Part shown: piece after piece, positions 51,197 through 64,000 of the stretch
Numbering within the stretch: position 1 is the first letter of the stretch
Layout: every line of letters starts with the position of its first letter
Origin: Hypanus sabinus
Taxonomy: Eukaryota
DNA: 64,000 bases
Assembly (NCBI RefSeq): GCF_030144855.1
Contig: NC_082719.1
Coordinates: 33,976,001 to 34,040,000, forward strand
Direction: 5' to 3'
Program-made: the position numbers and the translations under genes
The notes under the pieces: generated by a model
Told to the model about the DNA's origin: nothing
Databases searched by the model: none
What the model saw: the letters and a program-made list of their open reading frames with translations, nothing else

Positions 51197-52994
51197 TTTC
51201 TGTTGACAGTGGGACAGAGCTTCTATCTAACTCTCTAACTGACCTCTCATATGCCAGGGATGAATGCTTGATCTCCCAGTCAAACTTATTCTGGTGTTTC
51301 ACTTTATTTGTTCACCTGCACTGTAGCTGCTGCACTATATTTTGCAGTCTGTTTCTTTTACTGCCTTTATGTACGTCACGATCTGCCTGTGTGGCATGCA
51401 AACGAAAGTTATCTTGGTATATAGGACAATAAGAAACCAATGCCAATACCAGTACCAATTCTGGTAAACTAGCCACTGACAGAAGTAATCTGCATGATAA
51501 GTATGAAGGCCAACACTTGATTCATCAACATAGAAGGTAACGGCCAGGAGTTGTAATGGTTAAGATGTAATCAAATGGTCTGTACACCTTAGAGATGGAA
51601 ATCTAAAATCCTTCTCTGGTCTGGTCTTTATGTGTATCAATGATTTGTTGCAGCACAGAAGTCGTATTTCCTTCATGGATTCCATGCCAACTCTGATCTT
51701 GTCAGTCTTTTTGTAATGGGTTAGGAACAGACACTACTAGATTGTCATTAAAAACCATCTGGTTCACTAAAGTTCTTCTGCAAAGTCTGTTCCTGCCCAG
51801 TCCAGCACACACTGTCTACCATCTGTAATGGCCCAACAAGTCACATAGCTGCATCACAGCTGCCGCAGTGTTGCTTCAAGATGCAATGACTAACTTCTGA
51901 CTTTCCAATGGCAACCAGAAATGGGTAACAAACACAGCTCATCATGTGAATAAAACAAAGGATCAAACAAGACTGGATTTCTTTGGTGGTTCCAGATGTT
52001 GTTATCACCTTCAGGTTAAATGCCAAAACTGTGCACATTCTGGCTTTGTTAAATATTAGCATTACTTCAGAGAGACTCATCCAATCTTTCCAGAGGGTGT
52101 ATCATCAGCAAGCTTGCAGCTTGTATCTCCAGGACTTATCTAGGTTCAAAACAGGAAAGGAGAGTTGCAATGCATAGCGTATGGGACACTTTGATAGCAG
52201 TTCTCCATGTTACTAGTTGACATCTCTTCTACCTGACCTGCTGATTGTTGTCTGCATTTACTGTTTACATTTTTAATTTCCAGATCTGCAGTTTAAAAAA
52301 AAAAGTTCCATTTATCTGGAATTACATTCTGCCTTGATGCTTCCAAAGTCCACCTCAATATACACTTATGAACGGAAGTAAGATATCTGTGCCAACTATA
52401 TTTAGCAGATTCCTTTCACACACCACCTTGGTGACTTTTGTGGAAAATGCGATCATGTTTGTCAGATATGACTTATTTATGAAGGTGTGTTTGGTATCCA
52501 TCAGTGTGAAAGCAGTCATATGTTGTTTTCCTCAGGTGTCTTTGACATTGCTAATGTAATGTTGCTTGTGATCTGTGGTTGTTCTCAGTTGTGCCATCTT
52601 GTGAGAGTTGCATTAGACTGGATTTTCAGCGAAAATCATTACAGAGCAAATTGAGCAATTAAAAATGTAGCAGAGAGGCTTAGTAATTCATGTGTTTTTA
52701 TGAGTCATGTTTCATTGAGAAACCTTGTATGTTTTCAAGTTTTTTAAATTAACATAATGTTCATTTATTTCAATGGTATTAATCTTATTAATCAAAGACA
52801 TTCGTACCCCATGATCAAACCATGTCTTCAAGAGTGTGTGATAAAGTTACTTATTAATACTTTTGCCAAGCTGTGGTATGTTGGCCTTAAATATCTGAGT
52901 TTTCATATAAACAAAATTTATTTCCTTATTTTTATTTCATCTCAGCACAACCTTCTTTCCCACTAGTAGAGAATTGGATGGTTTAATTCCTGAT

Positions 52995-54110
52995 ATAAAG
53001 AGCTGGTTCACATTCACAGGTGTACTGGGCTGTCCGTACCACTCTCTGCAGTGCCCCGTGATCAAGGTTGGTGCAGTTCCTGTACCAGGCAGTGATACAG
53101 CCAGTCAGTATGCTCTCAATGGTGCCCAGGTAGAAGCTATTGAGGATTTGGGGGCTCATGCCGAACTCCTTCAGTCGCCCGAGATGGAAGAGATGCTGTT
53201 GTGCTTTTTTTGCCACACAGCCAGGTGAGATCCTCAGTGATGTGTATATCGAGGAACTTGAAACTACTCACCCTCTCAACTGCAGACACATTGATGTTGA
53301 TCGGGCCGAGTCTGTCTCCGTTCCTCCAGTAATCCACGATCAGCTCTTTTGTTTTTTGGACATTGAGGGAGAGGTTGTTATCTTGGCATCAATGTGTTAA
53401 GGTGTACACATCAGTGAGCATCTCACCTGGACTGTGCACACGGGCTGTGTAGATAAAAAAACCATCTCTCCTCTGTCGGCTGTCTCATCACCATGAGAAT
53501 TAAGGCTGATCAATGTCATGTCATCTGCACATTTGATCAGCAGATTGGAGCTGTGTGTGACAGCACAGTCGTGGGTGTAAAGGGGGTAGAGGAGGGAATC
53601 AGGACACAACCCTGGGGGGCACCTGTGTGGAGTTTCAGTGGGGCAGAGGTGAGGGAGCCCATCTTTACCACTTGTTGGCAATCTGACAGGAAGTCAATGA
53701 TCCAACTACACAAGACAGGGTGCAGTTTGAGACCTCTGAGCCTCCTGTCAAGTCTGGTTAGAATTATAGTGTTGAATACTGAACTGTAGTCCAGGAACAG
53801 AATTCTAATGTACGCGTCCCTCTTCTCCAGGTGAGTGAAGACGGTGGGTCGTGCTGTGGCTATGGTGTCACCTGTAGACCAGTTCCGTCGGTAGGCAAAT
53901 TGTAAGGGGCTCAGTGTGGGTGGTAGCATGCCGCAGATGTAGTTTTTATCCACCCTCTCAAAATATTTGCTTATAATTGAGGTGAGTGTGACAGGGTGCC
54001 AATCATTCAGGTTTTCTTAGATGCAGGGACAACGATTTTAAACACTGCACATTGGGAGAGACAGAGAGAGATTAAAAATGTTGGTAAACACACCAGCCAG
54101 CTGTTCTGCA
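52995..54110 (-). mobile_element. Rex1/Babar-like LINE fragment
   Basis: [34 protein letters not shown]. Confidence 0.88.
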
Positions 54111-54461
54111 GCCACTTTGGGTACAAGAGTATTGAACTAAATTTTGTTTTTCAGTCTCAAGGAGTGAAACTCTTGGGCCTCTGACTCAGATGTGACAGCA
54201 ATAACACTGACTCATGGTTGAAACATGATTCCGACAAAAGATGCACTAGTTTAGTGCAAACAATATGTCTGAACTGATTAACACCTAGGGCAAAATAGAC
54301 TTGCATTCTTTTTACTAGAAGTACTTTTATTTCCGGCCTGCATGATTTTTAAGTGACGTGTAGTATCTGCTTCTTTTTTTTAGTGTGTGCCAGATCCTCG
54401 CCAACCTCTTATTTTTTCAAGTGATTGTGTTGGAGGAAAGATTCTGTGAGTGATACCCCAG

Positions 54462-54592
54462 GTCCTTCTCACAGCGCAGTATTTCTTTTACGAGGCCAAG
54501 TTGCGAGCTCGACACTCAACCCGGCACGGATGGAAAGCGTGGACTGGACTCGAACCCGGGAACCTTCGCTCCGGAGTCCGGCGCTGATGTCC
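54462..54592 (-). mobile_element. tRNA-derived SINE fragment
   Basis: Minus-strand B box GGTTCGAGTCC (54556-54546); CpG-rich, so comparatively young. Confidence 0.65.
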
Positions 54593-55099
54593 GGCCTATT
54601 AAAGTTGGATTCACCAGAGGCAGCTATATCATACAGAAATCCTCAAATGCCATTGAGTTAGTGATAATAAGCTCCCTTCTTGAATTGTTCCAGTGAGCTG
54701 TCACTGAACAGGCATTTCAGGATTTCACTTACAATAGAAGAATGGCAATGTACTCTGAAGTTAGAATATTGTGCAGGTGGTATTGCAATGTGCATGTGGC
54801 CCTTGTCCTTGGGTGTTTGGGAGATGCAGGTTATGAACCCTTGGGGAATCAATGGGATGTATTTTGTAAATGGTACTATCAACCTGAGTGCACCAGTGGT
54901 GGAGAGTATGAATAGTTAGTGGTAGATGTGGTCTCCATCAAGTATGTAGTTTTTAGGGTTAAAACATCATTGTTCAAAGGAAAATTTGATACTTTTTCCC
55001 AGTCTTGTTGATTGTTATCATTAAACGGTGGCTTGTTCTCACAGAGAGGTAAATCCATTTCTAGATATGTGTACAATTTTAGGAGATAGTTATTGACAA

Positions 55100-56420
55100 A
55101 GAAGGTGACGGGCTTTTTGGTGGGCTTGAGATATCGTGAGCAGCAGGGACTAGACCTCGGTCTCTGGCACTGAGTCTGGCTCTATGGCTCAGAAAAGAAG
55201 GTGGGAGAAGAGGAGTGAAGTGGTGATAGGAAATTGAATAGTTAGTGGAATAGACTGAAGATTCTGTGGATGTGAAAGAGACACCTGGATGGTATGTTGC
55301 CTCCCAGGTGCTTGGGTCAGCATCTTAGATCGGGTCCACAGCATTCTAAAGGAGAAGGTTGAGCAGCTGCAAGTTGTGGTACTTATTGATACAAGCAACA
55401 TAGGTAGGAAAAGGATGAGGTCCTGAAGCAAGAACATAGGGAGCTGGGTAGGAAGCTGAAGAATGGCCTTAGGAGAGCTAGAAGAGGGCATGAGTGTGCC
55501 TTGGCAAGGAGGATTAAGGAAAACCCAAGGCATTCTTTATGTATGTGAAGAACAGGAGGAAGAGTAGAGTGAGTGAAGGTCCATGTGCTTGGAGTTGGAG
55601 GAGGTAGGAGAGGTCTTCAATGTTCACAAGCAAGAGGCACTTTAATGTCTATGATAGAACAGGCTGATATGCTAGAACATGTTAACATTCAGAAAGTGGG
55701 TGTGCTGGGACTTCTGAAAAACATTAGGATAGGTATGTCCACAGAGCCAGACAGGATATGCTCTAGGTTACTATGGGAAGTGAGGGAAGAGTTGCTGTGC
55801 CTTTGGTGATGACCTTTGTGTCCTCACTGGCCACAGGAGTTATGACAGATGATTGGAAGTTGGCAAATGTTATTCCTTTATTCAAGAAAAGGAGTAGAGT
55901 AACCATGGGGGTTATAGACTAGTAAGTCTTACTTCAGTGGTTGACCAAGTTATTGGAGAAGATTCTTAGAGACAGGATTTAAAAGCAGCTGGAGAAGCAT
56001 GGTCTGACTGGGAGTAGTCAGCACGGCTTTGTGAGGGGCAGGTTATGCCTCAAGCTGCGTATGATAGGGTTCCATGGTAAGCTCATTCTGAAAGTCAGGA
56101 GGTATGGCATCGAGGGATACATGGCTGTTTGGTTTTAGAATTAGCTTTCCCACAGAAGGCAGAGGGTGTTTGCAAATGGAGCATACTCAGCCTGGTGTTT
56201 GGTGACCAGTGGTGCTCCACAGGGGACACCTGCTTTTTGTGATTTTTTATGTTATTTAGATGAGTAAGTGGAGGGGTGGGTTAGTAAGTTTGCAGATGAC
56301 ATGAGGATTGGTGGTGTTGTGGATAGTATAGAAGGATGCTATGAATTACAATGTGATGTTGACAAGGTGCATAGCCAGGCTGAGAAGTGGCGAATGGAGT
56401 TTAATCTAGAGAAGTTTAAT
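55100..56420 (+). mobile_element. Old internally deleted CR1
   Basis: Esterase region joined directly to RT; SKFADD at ~56290. Confidence 0.8.
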
Positions 56421-56429
56421 CTAGCTGTA

Positions 56430-57732
56430 GAAGGATCAGTCCGAGTCAGCATGGATTTATGAAGGGAAAATCACGCTTGACTAATCTTCTGGAGTTTTTT
56501 GAGAATGTAACTATGAAAATGGACTAGGGAGAGCCAATGGATGTAGTGTACCTGGACTTCCAGAAAGCTTTTGATGAAGTCCCACATGGAGGTTAATGGG
56601 CAAAATTAGGGCACATGATATTGGGGACAGAGTACTGACATGGATTGAAAATTGACTGGCTGACAGGAAACAGAGTAGTGATTAACGGGTCCCTTTCAGA
56701 ATGGCAGGCTGTAACCAGTGGGGTACCGCAAGGTTCGGTGCTGGGACCACAGCTGTTTACAATATACATTAATGATTTAGATGAAGGGATTAAAAGTAAC
56801 ATTAGCAAATTTGCCAATGACACAAAGCTGGGTGGCAGTGTGAAATGTCAGGAGGATGTTATGAGAATGCAGGGTGACTTGGACAGGTTGGGTGAGTGGG
56901 CAAATGTATGGCAGATGCAGTTTAATGTGGATAAATGTGAGGTTATCCACTTTGGTGGCAAGAACAGGATGGCAGATTACTATCTAAATGGAGTCAAGTT
57001 AGGAAAAGGGGAAGTACAACAAGATCTAGGTGTTCTTGTACATCAGTCAATGAAAGCAAGCATGCAGGTACAGCAGGCAGTGAAGAAAGCTAATGGCATG
57101 CTGGCCTTTATAACAAGAGGAATTGAGTATAGGAGTAAAGAGGTCCTTCTGCAGCTGTACAGGGCCCTGGTGAGACTCCACCTGGAGTATTGTGTGCAGT
57201 TTTGGTCTCCAAATTTGAGGAAGGACATTCTTGCTATTGAGGGGGTGCAGCGTAGGTTCACAAGGTTAATTCCCGGAATGGTGGGACTGTCATATGTTGA
57301 AAGATTGGAGCGACTGGGCTTGTATACACTGGAATTTAGAAGGATGAGAGGGGATCTGATTGAAACATATAAGATTATTAAGGGATTGGACACGCTGGAG
57401 GCAGGAAGCATGTTCCTGCTGATGGGTGAGTCCAGAACTAGAGGCCACAGTTTAAATATAAGGAGTAGGCCATTTAGAACAGAGATGCGGAAAAACTTTT
57501 TTACCCAGAGAGTGGTGGATATGTGGAATGCTCTTCCCCAGAAGGCAGTGGAGGCCAAGGCTCTGGATGCATTCAAGGGAGAGTTAGATAGAGCTCTTAT
57601 AGATAGCGGGGTCAAGGGATATAGGGAGAGGGCAGGGACGAGGTACTGATTGTGGATGATCAGCCACGATCACAGTGAATGGCGGTGCTGGCTAGAAGGG
57701 CCGAACGGCCTACTCCAGCACCTGTTGTCTAT
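56430..57732 (+). mobile_element. Younger 5'-truncated CR1 (RT C-terminal half) nested in the older CR1
   Basis: YLDFQKAFD, GVPQGSVLGP, KFANDTK, LEYCVQFWSP and 3' UTR. Confidence 0.93.
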
Positions 57733-60700
57733 AAGTGTGAATTAAAACACTTTGTATGGCTGAATTTCAGGTTTCTTGCTGTGTGGTGTGGTGAAGAGAA
57801 TAAGTTGTGTTGTTGAGAATACGGGAGAATAGATTATTGCAAAACTAGTTGCGGTAATGAGATGGCTCTTCAAGTTGAGATAATTTCAATGAATCAGATG
57901 TCTTCTTTGAGATCATAAGGAGTTATGGATTTTCCACAGGAAATGAAGTGGTTGGAAGTTGTTTTGCTCTGTAGAAAATAACTTCATCTAGATGACAGAA
58001 TTGTATACACCCATTTCAAATTCTCCTCTAGGCATTCAACATTAAACAATTATGTATGATAATCTAGAAAACTCATATTTGTTAACTGGGCGGTCCTAAC
58101 AAAAACAACATTTACCATGTATAATTACATATTTCTACTTTTGTTACAGGATTATGAATAAAGATTGTTTCCGGACTTTTTGCTGAACTAATCAAAGTTT
58201 TTTCAAAGCTTCATGGCTGGATCTGAACCCACATAGAGTATTATGAATAGCTCTATCATTACTGGCTTCCATTAGCTCTCCACTTTTGAACCTTATCAAA
58301 ATCAAGGCATATACATGCCACATTCTGAAAGGTGAGCATACTAGAAATGTTCTATTCTATGGGTAGTGCCTACAAAAATTTGCTACATCCTGTAGACTTC
58401 CGACAAGACGAATAAGAGGGAGAAGACTCATGGAGCCGTGGGCCAGCATGTTCACTGTTTCTATTGAGCTGCTTAAAAGGACCGGCCTTAGAATTAGTTC
58501 TGCTTTTTGCTAACGATAGGTCCGATTGGAACAGTCCATAGCTTATTTTGACTTGACTGTTGTGTGATCACCAGCCATTTAGGTCTTACGTATAGTTGGA
58601 GCATCCCTATTGGTTGCTTCTATTGTTGCTCATGTAGTCATACGACTAGACGTCGAGGCTGCAAGCAACAGTGGCTTCACCTTATTCGGAGAAGTGTAAG
58701 GCAGCCAGGATGAAGATTTCAAAGACTCATGAATAGCCATAGTTGTCTCATGCATACAAAAGCCAGCTGTTAGAGATATGCATGCAGCAGCACAGAATCA
58801 CCTGATGAAAAACCAAAAGATGATGGAGCCAGTGAACAACGCTACAACGGACGACATTTTCCAGGTGATCCACAAAACCGCTTCTTTTAAATGAGAGCAG
58901 AGTCCGTGTTCTGCAGTTTGATGGTGCGTTTTCAGGCTGATTGAGTGGTCTGGCGCTTTGCTGTCTCTGAGGAGGTTCCGGGAGGCAAGTGCCCTTGAGG
59001 CCAAGAAGCTTAGAAACAGGGCGTGAGACTATGATCAACTCCTTTTCTCACTGAACTCGCCAGTAAAAGCATTGAGAAAAATTGAAAACATCAAGGCAAG
59101 TTCTGAATGTGAGAGTTCACTGCCGTCTACCAACCTCTTGCTCACTCCTGCTGGAGGAAGGTGACTGAGTGTGATGATCTCTCTCTTCAGAGAGATGGTG
59201 TCTGTCAGAGGATGGTGTCTGAGCACGATTTAACCGACGTGGTTTATGGATTGAACTGTGGATCACGTTATGATGTGATTTCTTGTTTATGGTAGCTCCT
59301 TGCTATTTATGGGCAACCTTGAATCAGGACGGCCTGCAGATAATGCACATTGAGCTGAACTGAACATGGACTCTTCAATTTTCTGTTTTACATTCTGTGA
59401 TTTAAATTGTTCTTTCTTGTTGTCATTTGCGTGATTTTTTTTGCGCAGAAGGGTTGACGTTATTGTCGTTTGTACGGCAGGTCGATGGTTGCCATTTGCG
59501 CAATTTGTTGTTTTGCGCTGGAGAGGGGTTTGACGTTCTTGTTGCTGTTTGTGCGTTCTTTGGTGTGAGGAGTGGGGGTTTGATGTTCTTGCTGTTTATG
59601 CAATCTGTTTTTTGTGCAAGGGAGTTGATGACGCTGCCCTTTGCAGTATTTGTTTTGTGTGTGTGTGGGGGGGGGGGTGGGGGGATGATGTCCTTGTTCT
59701 TGTTCGCACAATTAGTTTTTTATGTGAGTGGGGCTGTTCTTGTTGCTATTTGTGCGATTTGTGTTTTTTTGCTCTTGGGGGAGGGAGTTAACATACTTTC
59801 TTTGAAGAGGTTTCATGGTTTTCTTTGTTCAATGGCTTTCTCTGGAGAAGACACATCACAGAGTTATATACTGTATATATACTTTGATAATAAATGTACT
59901 TTGAATCCTTTGATGTTCACTACTATCATTAGCAGTATACATAAAGTAAGTGATCATCATAAACTTTCACGATATTTCCAGCAGTCAGGTGAGTCAAGTG
60001 ATCTCTGCTTCCTATTTTAACTGTGATACTTTCTGTTCAGCCAGAGGTTTGCAGAAATTTGGTAAATAAAAGTGATGTGTATATTGTGCGGAAGGTTTAT
60101 CTTAATAATCAACATGCTTGCCCGATGGATCTGAACAAGATTTGCTGTAAAGATACAGACACTCAAAAGGTTAAGTTGCGAGGCTAATTTGGATAAACGT
60201 GAGATGGACCTCTTGATTTAAGAGGATTCAGAAAGCATGTAAAATGATAAAGACAAATGGAGAGAAATAATTCCCTCTTATAAGGATTAGAAAGCAAGAG
60301 ACATTACCTTCAGAATTAGGGGTGGGGCACTTAGCAGTGAAATCAGGAAATATTTTTAAAATTAAGTCATGGAGAGTATATTATAATATGGACAATACAG
60401 TGAGGCATAAGTACAATGAAAAACATGCAGAGTCACAGGCATGGGAATTCAAACAATGCACAAAACATTAGCTACTCATGAATTATACAAGGCAGTGAGA
60501 AAAAGGGTGTGAAAATCAACCAAAATCTGAAATTCCATGATAGTTCAAGGGGTGATGCATACTGTTCTGTTGCTGAGGTAGGATTAAGATGGTACAGGTT
60601 AGTTTAAGAATGGGATAGTTGTAGGAAAGGACTGAAGCTGTTCCTGAAAGTGGTAGTGTGCTACTTCAATCAAAATCGTAGTCCGTGAGTCCCTAAGATC

Positions 60701-61352
60701 ATAAGACAAAGAGCAGAATTAGGCCATTCAGCCCATTGAGTCTGCTCTGTCATTTCATCATGAGTGAATTATTATCCCTCAAAACCCCATTCTCCTGCCT
60801 TTGCCCCGTAACCTTTTACACCCTGACTAATGAAGAATGTCATCCTCTGCTTTAAATATACTCAATGACGGTCTGCACAGCTGTTTGTCGTAATGAATTC
60901 CACAATATCCCCCTCACTCTGGCTAAAGAAATTCCTCCTCATCTCTAATCTAAATGGATGTTCTTCTAGTCTAAGGTTGTACCCTCTGTGCCACACTCAC
61001 CTGCTATAGGAAACACCCTCTCCACATCCACTCTATCAAGGCCTTTCAATATTTGATAGGTTTCAATGAGATTCCCATTCACTCTTCTCACCTCCAATAA
61101 GTAGAATCCCAGAGGCATCAAATAATCCTCATATCCTTTCATTCCTGGAATCATTCTTATGAACCTCCTCTGGACCCTCTCCAATAGTCACATCTTTTCT
61201 TAGGTAAGGGACCCAAAACTGAGCACAATACTCCAAGTGCAGTCTGTCCAATGCCTCACAAAACCTTAGCATTACATCCTTGCTTTTATAACCTAGTCCT
61301 CCCAAAATGAATGCTAACATTGCATTTGCCTTCCTCACCATTGACTCTACCT

Positions 61353-61508
61353 CAAACAAGAGAAAACCAGTAGATGCTGGAAATCCGAGCAACGCACACA
61401 AAAAACTGGAAGAACTCAGCAGGTCAGGCAGCATTTATGGAAAAAAGTACAGTCAATGTTTCAGGCTGAAACCCTTCAGCAGTTCCTCCAGCTTTGTGTG
61501 TGTGTGTG
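61353..61508. mobile_element. Penelope-derived fold-back mini-element
   Basis: Pseudo-LTR arm plus a short inverted arm; flanks cattgactctacct / caccaactcaacct. Confidence 0.65.
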
Positions 61509-61696
61509 GCACCAACTCAACCTACAAGTTAACTTTTAGGGAATTCTGCATGAGGACTCCAAGATTTTGAAAATGGTCTATGCCTTTATTCCTTCTACCG
61601 AAGAGTACGACCATACACCTCCTAACACTATACTTTACCTGCCACTTCTTTGCCCATTGTCCCAATCTATTTAAGTCCTTCTGCAGACTCCCTTCT

Positions 61697-61910
61697 TGAT
61701 GCACCATCAATAACTCACTCTGAGACATAAGGTGAGATATCGGCTTTTATTGACTGAAGAAGGAACCAGCAGTGAGTGACCATCATATTACATCCTGGAG
61801 AATGAGGCAGAGGATTAGACCTGAATCGCCTTTATACAGGGGCCTGTGGGAGGAGCCACAGGAGCAGTCAGCAGGGGGTGTGTCCAGACAGGCACACGTA
61901 GTTCACCAAA
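61697..61910 (-). mobile_element. Short solo LTR (214 bp), same family as 41036-41252
   Basis: Reverse-complement homology; 5-bp TSD CTTCT. Confidence 0.85.
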
Positions 61911-62234
61911 CTTCTTCCTCAAACTTGGTCATAATGCCATCAATTCCACCATCCAAATTATTAACATATAATGTGTAAAGAAATGGTCCCAACACCTAAC
62001 CTGTGGAACGCCACTAGTCACCAGCAGCCAACAGATAAGCCTCCCTTTATTCCTACTCTTTGAGCCAATTTTATTGTTATTTGCACAAGTACATGTATGT
62101 GCAGGTGGTGCAATGAAAAATGTGCTTGGAGCAGCATCACACACAGGGTGTTATATAAACAGCATTCACAAGAAAAACATAAATTAGATATAAGTTATAC
62201 ATCATTTTACAAGAAAGGGCACATTTAGAACAAA

Positions 62235-62521
62235 CACGAGAAAATCTGCAGATGCTGGAAATTCAAGCAACACACACAAAATGCTGGTGGAACACGGCAG
62301 GCCAGACAGCATCTACAAACGTTTGTATAAGGAGAAGCACTGTCGACGTTTCGGGCCGAGACCCTTCATCAGGACTAACTGAAGGGACAGATAATAAGAG
62401 ATTTGAAAGTAGTGAGGGGAGGGGAAAATGCGAAATAATAGAAGAACTGTCGAAACGTCGACAGTGCTTCTCCTTATAGATGCTGCCTGGCCTGCTGTGT
62501 TCCACCAGCATTTTGTGTGTG
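62235..62521. mobile_element. Penelope-derived fold-back mini-element
   Basis: Inverted arms ~62270-62352 / 62451-62521; 14-bp TSD acattt(a/g)gaacaaa (62221-62234 / 62522-62535). Confidence 0.85.
62340..62377 (-). ncRNA. Minimal type I hammerhead ribozyme motif of the Penelope pseudo-LTR
   Basis: uaguc CUGAUGA a GGG ucucgg CCC GAAA C GUC^gacag. Conserved core, 3-bp stem II, 3-bp stem I, minimal palindromic stem III. Confidence 0.7.
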
Positions 62522-62727
62522 ACATTTGGAACAAAAACATGCCCAATGCAGTACAATGAAAACAAAGCAGTCATAGTGTTGCAGAACTGTAGTGATTAGA
62601 TTTTTGCCAGATGGTTCAAGAACCAAGTGTTTGAAGGGAAATAGCTGTACTTGAATGAGGTGGTGGGTGACTTCAAGCTTCTGTACCTCCAAAAAGATAA
62701 CATAGATCAGACCTTTGATGGTGAATC

Positions 62728-62813
62728 ATACACAAAGTACTAGAGGAACTCAGCAGGCCAGGCAGCATCTATGGAAAAATGTACAGCTGACGGGCTGAAA
62801 CCCTTCGGCATCA
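62728..62813 (-). mobile_element. Penelope pseudo-LTR fragment
   Basis: Flanked by a ctttgatggtg direct repeat (62713-62723 / 62815-62825). Confidence 0.65.
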
Positions 62814-64000
62814 CTTTGATGGTGGATGCTGCTCTCCTGAGGTAGTGCTTCCTGCAGACAACAGATTTCAGGATATACAGTACTGTCAGTGATAATAAAC
62901 CTGATTTGGATATTCACTCAATGGTGGGGAAGGACTTGTCTGTAATGTATTGGGCAGAGTCCACAACTCTTCGAAGCTTCTTACATTCCCGTGCATTCAA
63001 ATTGCCTTATCAGACCATAATACAAGCAATCAGGATACTTTTAACAGTATATCTGTAAAAGTTTGTTAGTCTTTGCTGACAAGCTGAGCTTCCTAAGAAA
63101 GTAAAGATACTGGTGCACATTCACCCTCCTTCCTTTTCCTGAAGTCAACAATCAGCTCTTTAGTTTTGCTGATGATGAGTTAGAGGTTGTTGTTCCAGCA
63201 CCACTCAACCTGTCTGTCTGGCTCTGGCATGCTGACTCATCCATCCACCAACAATACAGCCATCAGTAAATCTGAAGATAATATTGGAGCTGTACCTAGG
63301 CACAAAGTCCTGTGCATGTACACAGTAGAGCATGGGCTAATATGCAACCTTATGGCCAATGTGTGTGATAATCATCATGGAGGAGATAATGGTAACAATA
63401 CTCACTAATTGAATGTTGCTGATGAGGAAATTGACTATCCAGATGCAGAGGGAGGTACAGAGGCCCAGTTCTTGAAGCTTAATGATGAGTTTGGATGGGA
63501 TTATTTTGTTGAACATTGTTTGATGTAAGCTCTACTGATAGTAGTCACTGAGGCAGGTCACAATACTCTTCTTGAGCACCAGTACAATAGATGCCTTTTT
63601 GAAGCAGGTGGGTGTTGTGACTGTGATCAAAGTCACTTGAGAGACACTGAAGCTAGTGATATAGAAGCCTTTATTCATCACAACTTTCAGGAATTCTTCT
63701 GGAGACACTCTCAGTAGAGTCTCACAAACACAAAATACATCACATTTTTCTACCTTTAAGAGTAAAGGTTACAGTAGGTGGTTCAATACAATTTCAATAG
63801 TTACAATGACATTGTTAATTTCAATAGCTTAGTTTGACAATGCTTTCTTTAAATTACTTATCTGAAGTAAGATGTATTTGAATGTTCACATACCTTTCCT
63901 GGGTATTGACGTGACAGGATCAGTCTGGTGTGCAAGCTTCCTTGAACTTGTTTACAATGGTGCAAATTACTTAAACTCATAGTTGCCTGCTAATTAACAC

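Larger units (their letters stand above)
60697..62060 (-). mobile_element. CR1 3' portion carrying nested insertions
   Basis: Antisense RT C-terminus (KANAMLAFI, LEYCAQFW, VTSGVPQ). Confidence 0.88.
62060..63610 (-). mobile_element. Decayed Rex1/Babar-like LINE hosting the Penelope insertions
   Basis: Antisense similarity to the 39800-40640 and 52995-54110 elements. Confidence 0.6.

Noticed and set aside
54730-54950. Similarity to 4940-5400 as proof that the ancient duplication extended this far upstream
   Set aside because: The sequence looks like a dispersed old LINE-type repeat, so independent insertions cannot be excluded by eye.
59427-60020. 197-aa hydrophobic ORF
   Set aside because: Low-complexity T/G-rich repeat 3' region with few stop codons by composition; no coding motifs.
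1-64000. CRISPR arrays, operons, rRNA or tRNA genes
   Set aside because: None seen. The DNA is eukaryotic, and the tRNA-like boxes belong to SINE heads.

Overview
Vertebrate (eukaryotic) genomic DNA, AT-rich and packed with CR1, Rex1/Babar-like, RTE and Penelope-like retroelements. The repeat landscape suggests a cartilaginous fish, probably a ray (inference). Positions 1-31827 are a recent ~12.8-kb tandem amplification: unit A <1-6132 (partial), unit B 6133-19002, unit C 19003-31827, about 99% identical by eye. Units B and C each carry a complete six-exon, minus-strand gene that I assembled by splice phase; unit A shows only exons 1-2. It encodes a 311-aa trypsin-like type II transmembrane serine protease with almost no stem region: about 29 aa between the membrane helix and R|IVGG, containing what looks like half of a degenerate LDLa module. 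A 600-bp solo LTR with no target-site duplication sits exactly at each duplication junction and is absent at the end of the last unit. An older, dead paralog of the same gene lies at ~42715-49626. The rest is nested retroelements, including a near-full-length CR1, Penelope-like GIY-YIG fragments, small Penelope-derived insertions (several fold-back) with ~11-16-bp TSDs, one of which keeps an intact minimal hammerhead core, and two short solo LTRs with 5-bp TSDs. Most ORFs in the supplied track are spurious or transposon-derived.
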